A stretch of 50,258 nt of DNA from Verrucomicrobiota bacterium. GTDB taxonomy: Bacteria > Verrucomicrobiota > Kiritimatiellia > CAIQIC01 > JAGNIJ01. The translations under genes were made by a program, and so were the position numbers. The notes under the pieces are model-generated. The model worked only from the letters and a program-made list of their open reading frames with translations. It made no database searches and was not told the origin of the DNA. The stretch lies in the NCBI GenBank assembly GCA_018823105.1, contig JAHJJH010000282.1, forward strand, positions 1 to 50,258, given 5' to 3'. Position 1 is the first letter of the stretch; every line of letters starts with the position of its first letter. This document shows positions 43,664 through 50,258 of the stretch, one piece after another.

Positions 43664-43685
43664 CTCACACTTTATAATATGTGAG
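43664..43685. promoter_or_regulatory. second copy of the CTCACACTTTATAA motif (imperfect palindrome) just downstream of the ArsR-like gene
   Basis: ctcacactttataatatgtgag lies 16 nt after the stop. Its left 14 nt are identical to the site at 43040-43053. It is followed by gcttttttc. Confidence 0.5.
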
Positions 43686-43748
43686 ACTGGCTTTTTTCGG
43701 ATTCTGGGGCGAAGGCTTGGCGGGGAAAAAAGATCCGGCGAGCCCCGG

Positions 43749-44543
43749 CTATCGGGAGAAGGCGGCTTCGAAAGACAAAGCCGCGTCGGGCGCCAGTTCG
43801 AACTCCCGCCGGGACGGCGAGTGGTCCGCCGCGCGCACCTCGACGACATGCCGCCCGGCGCGCAGCCGCAGCTCCACAGGGGCGGCGCCGACGGGTTGGT
43901 CATCCACAAAAACCTCCGCGTCGGGAAGCCGCGAGAAAACCGTGACGCTGCCGGTCTCGACCTTGCCGGCCCCCTCCCCGCCGCCCGCCATGACGACCCG
44001 CCGGGGCCCGGCCGTGATCCGTTCGGGGGGGGCGGCGGTCCCTTCCGCCGGCTCCAGCGTCAGCTGGATTCCTTGTTTCGTCGGCCAGGACTCCTTGCCG
44101 TGCCAGTCTTTTCCCGGATTGGCCAGGACGGCGATGGCCCTTTCCAGGGGGACCGGCTTCCAGCCCTCCTTGCTGATCCGCAGGTTGGCCGTGAGCTGAT
44201 ACCCGCCGTCGGGTTGCAGGCGCGGGCGACAGAATCCATCCGGCGACAGGACCGTGAGAAGTTCCCACCGCTTCTTGAACCACCGGTTTCCCCAGTTCAG
44301 GTCCACGGCCAGCGTGCAAGGAGTATGCCCGATCGGTTGGTTGCCCGCCTCGCCGGTTTCCGCCACAGCGAAGATGGCCGCGCCGGGGGGGATGGTCTCC
44401 ACCATCAGCCAGAAGGTGTGATCCGATTCGGCGAGGACGCCGGCTGAAGTGGGCACGGGTCCGCATAGGAGGCGCAGCAGGATCGCGAGAGCGAACCCTG
44501 CCGGGCCGTTGATTCGAGCTTGTCTATTTCCACGGTTCCGCAT
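43749..44543 (-). CDS. secreted PEGA-domain protein
   Basis: 264 aa from the ATG at 44543, with AAAGGGGG upstream. It has a signal-like N-terminus (FALAILLRLLCGPVPTSAG) and a C-terminal PEGA-like module (LPDAEVFVDDQPVGAAPVELRLRAGRHVVEV). A weaker N-terminal module (ETIPPGAAIFAV...IGHTPCTLAV) is also present. Confidence 0.6.
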   Translation of the reverse strand: MRNRGNRQARINGPAGFALAILLRLLCGPVPTSAGVLAESDHTFWLMVETIPPGAAIFAVAETGEAGNQPIGHTPCTLAVDLNWGNRWFKKRWELLTVLSPDGFCRPRLQPDGGYQLTANLRISKEGWKPVPLERAIAVLANPGKDWHGKESWPTKQGIQLTLEPAEGTAAPPERITAGPRRVVMAGGGEGAGKVETGSVTVFSRLPDAEVFVDDQPVGAAPVELRLRAGRHVVEVRAADHSPSRREFELAPDAALSFEAAFSR

Positions 44544-44747
44544 GGGCCCCCTTTCGCCGAGGAGTACTAGTACCAGAAACGGCCTATCCCTGTAAATCTG
44601 CCAGGATGCTTTTTCCGGGCTCCCGCGGCGATGACAGGATCGCGGGAAAACGGATGGAGCCCGTGTATCTACCTGGGGCACGGGAAAATGAGCCTGTTCC
44701 AGGCTGGTCCTGCCGGATGAAAACACAGCCGGATGCCGCCGCTTCTG

Positions 44748-44776
44748 TTGACAGGCAGAGACATTCCTGGTACTGT
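44748..44776 (+). promoter_or_regulatory. candidate sigma70-type promoter for the PEP-CTERM gene
   Basis: TTGACA (44748-44753), a 17-nt spacer, then TACTGT (44771-44776), about 112 nt upstream of the ATG at 44889. Confidence 0.3.
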
Positions 44777-44888
44777 AATTATTGAATCCAGAGGTGTAAG
44801 TTGGATTTTTATAGAACCGGGCTTTGCAAGCATTCGGAGGCTTGGAGGCTTATGGTGTCTTTAGGTTGAGAACAAAGGCTGAAGTCAA

Positions 44889-45572
44889 ATGGCCTGTATT
44901 CGCCCAAGTGTAAAGTGGATGCTCCTGCTGGCATGCTGCGCGGTGGGGCTGACCGCCTTGCCCTCGCACGGCGACATCATCAGCCTGATCGCCTATGTCA
45001 GCAATCCCATCTACGAAGACGACGGGGTGACCCCTCTGGCTCAAGGCTCCATCGTGATGATCTTCGGCAGCGCCGACAACCAAAACGACGGCATGTCCGA
45101 ATGGTCCCCCGGCCCGCCTCCTATTTACAACCCGTACTCGGTGCAGGGCGACGACATCTACCTGGGTACCGTGTATATCGGGCAGCCGTATTATTATGAC
45201 GAGGAAGACAATCCGGTGCTTGGCACTTTCAGGTCCGATATGGTGATTACCTGGAATGATGAAGAGGTGGAGATCAATTACCTGTACATTCGTTTCTTTA
45301 ACACCCCTTACTTCCCGCCGGGCGTACCGGTCGAGTGGGGCACCTCCACCGTGTTCGAGGCCACCGTGGATTTCGGTGTGGTCAACCAGGATCTCATCGG
45401 TAATTACTTGGCGAACCATACGAATGTTTTTATGTCGATCCCGGAACCCAGCACTGTGCATCTGATGCTGTTATTCGGGGGCTTGGCGGCCGGCATGGGT
45501 GCCTGTATGAAGAAAAGCCAAGGGACCAAGCAGGCCGGCCAACAGCCGCCGAAGGAGGCGTGCGCGTCATGA
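44889..45572 (+). CDS. PEP-CTERM sorting-domain surface protein
   Basis: 227 aa with a signal peptide (WMLLLACCAVGLTALPSHG). The C-terminal IPEPSTVHLMLLFGGLAAGMGACMKK gives a PEP motif, a TM helix and a basic tail. Confidence 0.8.
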   Translation: MACIRPSVKWMLLLACCAVGLTALPSHGDIISLIAYVSNPIYEDDGVTPLAQGSIVMIFGSADNQNDGMSEWSPGPPPIYNPYSVQGDDIYLGTVYIGQPYYYDEEDNPVLGTFRSDMVITWNDEEVEINYLYIRFFNTPYFPPGVPVEWGTSTVFEATVDFGVVNQDLIGNYLANHTNVFMSIPEPSTVHLMLLFGGLAAGMGACMKKSQGTKQAGQQPPKEACAS

Positions 45573-46513
45573 AAAAAAACCAGGCTTTTGTGACCACGTG
45601 GCGTTGGAAAAAAGGACTCGCCTCGCTGGTCGTGTTGGGCGTGTTACTCTGGGGCGGGCCGGTGCGGGGCGATACGCCCATGAGTATCGGGACGACGAAT
45701 ACCACGGTGGACGAGTTCGGCGTTCCGCTGGTGGGCCGCGATGGTGACCCCGCCACCAATTGTGACCTCGTCGTAATCTACTGGGCCAGCAATAGCATGA
45801 TCTATTTTCCCGATTATTCAGGGAATCCGGACCCCCGCAACCCCCAGCTAGAGCCACCCAGTAACGGCGTCTGGTATATTGGAAGCCTGTGCGGACCGCT
45901 CGCACCGTCAGGGACCTTCTCGGCTTGTTTGGCTGGAACGAATCGCCCAACTGTGGACAGCGTACTCTTCGTGCGCGTGTTCAATGCCCCTACCCTGGCC
46001 GCGGCCTCCTATTTCGGCGATTCGCAGGTGTTTACGGTCAATGGAAGCACCTATGAAGGAAAAGAAGCTGTCGTGCTTAACATTGATAAAACCCGGTATC
46101 CCTTCGATTCCCGGGATAACGATGATGATGGCCTGAAAAACTCCCTGGAGAAAAGCCTGGGCACGAATCCCGATGATCCCCACAGCGATACCGATACCGT
46201 CAATGACTGGGAGGAATGGGTGGCCGGCACCGACGGAACCGATCCGAACTCCTACTTCATCCTGGCCCGGATCCGGCAGGGCGAGGGCGACGAGGCGGTC
46301 GTGGGCTGGGATTCCCTGGCGGGCAGGAACTACAAGGTATGGTACACGGATGACCCGCTGGATGCCACGGATCCCACACCCGAGTGGATAGTGGTCAGCG
46401 GTCCGGACTGGATTACCGCCGATGGAGATGTCATGGAGATCGGTATTCCCGCCGGGCTGTCGATCGGCCGCGGGCACTTCCGGATTCAAGTGGACCCGCC
46501 ACCGCAGCCGTAA
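45569..46513 (+). CDS. secreted protein with an N-terminal domain paralogous to 44889-45572 and TSP3-like Asp-rich calcium-binding repeats
   Basis: 314 aa from the ATG at 45569, with GAAGGAGG 10 nt upstream and an ATGA overlap with the upstream stop. Shared blocks with the neighbour are LVVIYWAS/IVMIFGSA, WYIGS/VYIGQ, GTFS/GTFR and LFVRVFNAP/LYIRFFNTP. A DNDDDGLKNSLE..GTNPDDPHSDTD...GTDGTDP region follows. Confidence 0.6.
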   Translation: MKKNQAFVTTWRWKKGLASLVVLGVLLWGGPVRGDTPMSIGTTNTTVDEFGVPLVGRDGDPATNCDLVVIYWASNSMIYFPDYSGNPDPRNPQLEPPSNGVWYIGSLCGPLAPSGTFSACLAGTNRPTVDSVLFVRVFNAPTLAAASYFGDSQVFTVNGSTYEGKEAVVLNIDKTRYPFDSRDNDDDGLKNSLEKSLGTNPDDPHSDTDTVNDWEEWVAGTDGTDPNSYFILARIRQGEGDEAVVGWDSLAGRNYKVWYTDDPLDATDPTPEWIVVSGPDWITADGDVMEIGIPAGLSIGRGHFRIQVDPPPQP

Positions 46514-46526
46514 CCGCCGCCGGGAT

Positions 46527-46568
46527 TTTCCAGTGTTTGGAAGACCGGGGGTAATAAGTTTCCAATCC
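46527..46568. repeat. degenerate two-unit copy of the TTTCCAA...TTGGAAA repeat family
   Basis: tttccagtgtttggaa (46527-46542) matches unit 1 of the 29556 array at 15 of 17 positions. A half-site tttccaatc begins at 46559, again 32 bp later. The sequence gggatttt precedes it, as at 34828. Confidence 0.6.
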
Positions 46569-46600
46569 GCCTTCGCCCGATCCCCGGCGCGCTAATATAT

Positions 46601-46739
46601 TGTCCCAGAAGTTGTTGTGCACACAGTACTGTCATCCCGAGCGAAGTGAGGGATCTCCAACTCATTCGGCGACATGGAGATCCCTCGCTGCGCTCGGGAT
46701 GACAAACATCCTTTTCTGTGCATCATTATTTCTGGGACA
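46601..46739. repeat. 139-bp nested inverted-repeat element (MITE/REP-like) between convergent genes
   Basis: The outer 10-bp perfect inverted repeat is tgtcccagaa (46601-46610) with ttctgggaca (46730-46739). The inner 29-nt arms are gtcatcccgagcgaagtgagggatctcca (46631-46659) and tggagatccctcgctgcgctcgggatgac (46675-46703), with 2 mismatches. Confidence 0.85.
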
Positions 46740-46754
46740 GCACACTAAGCCGTC

Positions 46755-47177
46755 CTACTGGTAATAGGCCGCCAACTGGTCCAGCAGCTTGTTGATCTGG
46801 TGCCGCTCTTTCCACTTGGCGATGTTCCCGGCGCCGGACGCCGCGTTGACCGAGCCCCAGGTCTCGCGCACGGAGCCGTAGGCCGACTGCGTGTGGCGGC
46901 CGTTCTCCCCTTTGCCGATCGCCATGTTGACGATATTCACCAGGTGCTGGCACCGGTTGGCGAATCGATCGGCGCGGTTGAGGAAATCCTGGTCCCCCGG
47001 CCACTTTCCCTGGTATTCGGATTTCAGTTTGTTCGCCCACCCGACCAACTGCTCGGTGATCTTGCGCACATCCTGCATCTGGTCCTGGGCCGGCCAACCG
47101 GCGCGCGCCGGAATGGCCAGGCCGGCCAGCAGCGAGACAAGGGTAATAGCGATAAACCAAGGATGCTTGTGCATCAT
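46755..47177 (-). CDS. small secreted helical protein (hypothetical)
   Basis: 140 aa from the ATG at 47177, with AGGAGG 9 nt upstream. It has a signal peptide (MMHKHPWFIAITLVSLLAGLAIPARA). I recognise no family. Confidence 0.5.
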   Translation of the reverse strand: MMHKHPWFIAITLVSLLAGLAIPARAGWPAQDQMQDVRKITEQLVGWANKLKSEYQGKWPGDQDFLNRADRFANRCQHLVNIVNMAIGKGENGRHTQSAYGSVRETWGSVNAASGAGNIAKWKERHQINKLLDQLAAYYQ

Positions 47178-47550
47178 GTTTTGCCTGCCTCCTGTGTAGA
47201 TTCCGTTATCCGAGAAGGTCATCATACGCTAGTCCAGCGCGTGGTCAATCGGATCCGTTGAAAAAGGGGCGGTCCCTTATTCTCTGGCGAACAGTGTCGG
47301 GTCTGCGCTCTTGTCCCGCCGTAGTGCTTTGATGAAGGCGGATGCGCAAGGCCGAGAAATCGGCGCGCCGCACCCGTCTTCGGCGGTGCCAGAGGCTTGC
47401 TCGCCCTGGGAGAACGACCAGGGCCGCCGTAGTCCGAAGAAATCGCCCGAGCATCACAAGTACGGGTGCCATTCAATGTAACGTTATAATTAACAACAAG
47501 TTGCTCTGTGGGATATCGAAAAAACCGGGAAGGTCCTGTGAGGGAAGAGA

Positions 47551-47579
47551 TTGACACTCGGGCCAAGTACAACTATTAT
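47551..47579 (+). promoter_or_regulatory. near-consensus sigma70-type promoter upstream of the beta-strand-repeat gene
   Basis: TTGACA (47551-47556), a 17-nt spacer, then TATTAT (47574-47579). The extended run tattataat lies in an AT-rich patch, about 200 nt upstream of the ATG at 47786. Confidence 0.4.
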
Positions 47580-47785
47580 AATAAGTAGGACCAGAAGCTG
47601 GTTCCTGGCAACAGAATGTAGGTCCCCATCTCCCGGACGCGGGGGGAGGGGTGTCTGCGATTTCGTCGGCTTCGGTCGGAGCAAGGGTGGGGGCAAGAAA
47701 GGACCGAAAAGGATTGGTTGGCCCGGGCCTCCGGGCGGTCAGGAAGGACGGCTGGTCCATGGGACGGGTTGGAGGAGAAACGGTC

Positions 47786-50258
47786 ATGACGACGGATATC
47801 TGCGCCGCAGACACGCCGGTCAGGAACCCGCGTGCAACGACGTTCCTTCCTTGCGCCCGGCCTCCCAGGCTTGACCATCCAAAGACGTTACCCTTTGCGG
47901 GTTTTGTTATGGCCGCGGTGCTGTGGGCGGCCGCCGCCGGAGCGCAAACAACATATGATTGGTTAGACACCGCGCCGGACGGGAATTGGAAACAGGGCGC
48001 CGCCGGCGCGCGGTGGAATCCCGGCGGGCTGTGGGACGAACCGCCCGTGGGCAATATTCTTCGCTTCAACAACAATGCTCAACTCTCGATGAATAACAAC
48101 GTGGCCGGCACGTACACGCCGCACCAAATTATTTTCGGCTCCGCCAACACGTCCAGCCGCACCATCGCGGGCAATGCGATACGTCTGTATGACTCCGGCG
48201 GCGCCGACCCAAAAATTGAAAACCAATCCTCCGGCTCTCATACGCTTTCCATCAATATCGACGGGGATGGAACCGCAGCGGACCCTTTGGAGATCAATCC
48301 GGTCTCCGGGGATCTGACCTTGAGCGGGTCCGTGAATAATCAGAACGCGGACATCCGCGTGTACGGCAGCGGCGACAAGATGCTGACCCTTTCTGGCGTG
48401 GTATCCGGCAGCGGCAAATTGCTGATTCGTCCCGACGGCCAGGGGTACGCGAAGGTCAAGATATCGGGCGGCTCGACGTTTTCGGGCGCCATCACGAACA
48501 CCCACGGCGAGTTATGGTTTGCCACCGGCGGCCGGATACCGGAGGCGAATCCGATCGGCATCGGGGAGAGCGCGTACGCGACCAATGTCGCCAAGCTGTG
48601 GCTGGAAAGCGCCGGTGTCGCGATCACCAACGCCATTACGGTCAATAACGGGAACACCGATGCCCGTGTCATTGGGGGACTGAACACGAGCGGGTTGACG
48701 AGCTACCGGGGGACGCTGACCTTGAACGGCCCGGCGAACCTGGAGGCGAACGACGCCGGGGGCATGGTGGAGTTCACCAACGTGATCAGCGGCACGCAGC
48801 GGGCCCTGAACAAGACCGGGGCGGGCGTGGTCCGGCTCTCGGGCAACAACACCTTCAGCGGCACGAACGTCGTCAAGGCCGGGATGCTCCTGATCACGCG
48901 CGACACCGCCCTGGGCGCGGCGCCGGGGGCTGCGGCCGTGAACGTGGACATCTGGAGCACGGGCACGCTGGGCTTCACGAACGTCTTTACGCTGGCGGCG
49001 AACCGTACGATCGAACTCGGGACGGTGAACGGACCGCGCCTCTGGGTGGCGCCGGGGAGCACGGCGACCGTCAGCGGGGTGATCCAGAACTCGGCGAACT
49101 GGACGAACATCGGCCCGGGCAAACTGGTGCTCTCCAACAACACCTTCAGCGGGATGCTGACGATCACGCAGGGCGTGGTGCGCATTGTCCACACGAACGG
49201 CCTGGGGTCGGTGGCGGCGGGAACCGTCGTCAACAGCGGGGCGGCCCTGGAACTGAGTGCGCCGGGCCACTATCCCGCCGAGGCGCTGACGATCAACGGC
49301 ACGGGCATCGCTAATGCCGGCGCGCTGCGGAAGGTGGATACCACCGCCCGCAACTACGCGGGGAGTATTACCCTCGGCAGCGATGCGAAGATCTCGGTGG
49401 ATGCGGGCGGATTGAGTCCCCAGGGCCTGATCAATCTGGCGGGGAACACGCTGTACCTGAATACGACGGTCAGCTTCCTCATGGAGCCCGCGAGCTCGAC
49501 GACCAACGCCACCAAGACCTCGGGTGAGGGGGCCATCGTGAAGACCGGCTCCAGCATCTTCCTCCTGCGGCCCAGCTCGGACCTGACCGGCAGCATCACC
49601 ATCAACGCGGGGGATCTGCGCATCGGGCCCAACGCGTCGGGTTCCGGCCTGGTCGCCGGCGGGACGCTGACGCTGGGCGCGGGGACCAAGTTGAATTCCG
49701 ACGGCGCCACCGCGCGCACGGTGGCCAAGAACGTGGCGATCACCGGCGGCGTGTCCGTGGCGGACTTCAGCACCGGCGGCATGACGTTGAGCGGCTCGGT
49801 GAACCTGTCCGGCGCCACGCGGCCCGTGACCAACGCCAACGCCGTCACGATTTCCGGCGCGATTACCAACGGCGGGCTGATCAAGGTGGGCGCCGGCACC
49901 ATGACCCTCTGCGGCACGAACACCTACAGCGGCGGCACGACGGTGAGCAACGGCACGCTGCAGGGCACGACCTTCGGACTCCAGGGGGCCATCACCAATA
50001 ACGCGGCGGTGGTGTTCGACCAGACCATCACCGGCACCTACGCGGGGGTGATGAGCGGCACCGGAACGCTGACCAAGCAGGGGGCGGGCATCGTGATCCT
50101 GACCGCGGCGAACACGTATACCGGGGCCACGACGGTGAGCGTGGGGACGCTGGTCCAGAACGGGACCAACGCGAGCTCGCCGGTGGCGGTGGCCGGCGGC
50201 GCGACGCTGATGGGCTCGGGGCAGGTCGGCGACCTGACGGTCACCGGCACCGTGCGGC
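47786..50258 (+). CDS. large autotransporter-associated beta-strand-repeat surface protein (5' partial; runs off the window)
   Basis: My manual translation from the ATG at 47786 (GGAGGAG 8 nt upstream) shows an open frame with no stop to position 50258, more than 824 codons. It has a signal-like AGFVMAAVLWAAAAGAQ and many G.G.L.L.G.NT(Y/F)SG.T.V..G.L repeats (KTGAGVVRLSGNNTFSGTNVVKAGML, KVGAGTMTLCGTNTYSGGTTVSNGTL, KQGAGIVILTAANTYTGATTVSVGTL). It is not in the ORF track because no stop codon lies in the window. Confidence 0.85.
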   Translation, partial: MTTDICAADTPVRNPRATTFLPCARPPRLDHPKTLPFAGFVMAAVLWAAAAGAQTTYDWLDTAPDGNWKQGAAGARWNPGGLWDEPPVGNILRFNNNAQLSMNNNVAGTYTPHQIIFGSANTSSRTIAGNAIRLYDSGGADPKIENQSSGSHTLSINIDGDGTAADPLEINPVSGDLTLSGSVNNQNADIRVYGSGDKMLTLSGVVSGSGKLLIRPDGQGYAKVKISGGSTFSGAITNTHGELWFATGGRIPEANPIGIGESAYATNVAKLWLESAGVAITNAITVNNGNTDARVIGGLNTSGLTSYRGTLTLNGPANLEANDAGGMVEFTNVISGTQRALNKTGAGVVRLSGNNTFSGTNVVKAGMLLITRDTALGAAPGAAAVNVDIWSTGTLGFTNVFTLAANRTIELGTVNGPRLWVAPGSTATVSGVIQNSANWTNIGPGKLVLSNNTFSGMLTITQGVVRIVHTNGLGSVAAGTVVNSGAALELSAPGHYPAEALTINGTGIANAGALRKVDTTARNYAGSITLGSDAKISVDAGGLSPQGLINLAGNTLYLNTTVSFLMEPASSTTNATKTSGEGAIVKTGSSIFLLRPSSDLTGSITINAGDLRIGPNASGSGLVAGGTLTLGAGTKLNSDGATARTVAKNVAITGGVSVADFSTGGMTLSGSVNLSGATRPVTNANAVTISGAITNGGLIKVGAGTMTLCGTNTYSGGTTVSNGTLQGTTFGLQGAITNNAAVVFDQTITGTYAGVMSGTGTLTKQGAGIVILTAANTYTGATTVSVGTLVQNGTNASSPVAVAGGATLMGSGQVGDLTVTGTVR

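Noticed and set aside
47222-47572. 116-aa (-) and 75-aa (-) ORFs in the long intergenic region, and a possible known ncRNA (SRP, 6S or riboswitch) there.
   Set aside because: The peptides look non-biological. I also could not match the sequence to any RNA family signature by eye. An Infernal/Rfam scan would be needed, so no RNA call is made.
47963-50250. Minus-strand ORFs (180, 252, 176, 189 and 70 aa) near the right end of the window.
   Set aside because: All are antisense to the uninterrupted plus-strand beta-strand-repeat gene (47786 to beyond 50258), which carries clear repeat signatures.

Overview
High-GC bacterial chromosomal window. PEP-CTERM, autotransporter-type beta-strand repeat, GxxExxY and four-helix-bundle genes suggest a PVC-type anaerobe, but this is inference only because no database search was possible.

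Layout:
- 30-17063, all minus strand: one co-oriented hydrogenase super-cluster. Order is CBS protein, complete soluble group 3b [NiFe]-hydrogenase (beta, gamma, small, large), an inserted four-helix-bundle gene, a maturation endopeptidase, a second diverged HydB/HydG-like pair, a polyferredoxin, a membrane-bound group 4 [NiFe]-hydrogenase module (NuoH/B/C/D/L-like), and a 7-gene Mrp antiporter module.
- 17158-17391: a 5'-truncated pcm remnant.
- 17414-26169: an acetate/acetylation locus. A deacetylase, an ADP-forming acetyl-CoA synthetase and a CoA-transferase::GNAT fusion are divergent from acs plus an OFA-type MFS transporter.
- 26574-30852: a hyp maturation cluster (Kae1-only hypF, hypC, hypD, hypE). 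Every intergenic gap carries an inserted element or repeat: a GxxExxY cassette with 26-bp terminal inverted repeats, a 31-bp-phased array of 17-bp palindromes, heptamer repeats and REP-like palindromes.
- 31097-36360: two ferritin-like paralogs, an MA-type peptidase-like protein, an SGNH-like protein, a TIGR00725 protein, and asnS carrying a coiled-coil insert.
- 36728-38880: a NarL-type two-component pair.
- 38964-42915: an uncharacterised membrane operon (Zn-ribbon/TM/4xOB protein, DUF112 TctA-like, DUF457 YdjM-like).
- 43038-43685: a tandem-wHTH ArsR-like regulator bracketed by palindromes.
- 43749-50258: a visibly more AT-rich cell-surface region (PEGA, PEP-CTERM, TSP3-like secreted protein, nested palindromic element, small secreted protein). 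It ends in a large autotransporter-associated beta-strand-repeat gene that runs off the window and is missing from the ORF track.

Limits: the many long antisense ORFs in the track are GC-rich shadow frames. Start codons were chosen by eye (RBS, ATGA overlaps) and functions come from motif recognition only. Some track starts are GTG/TTG rendered as M.
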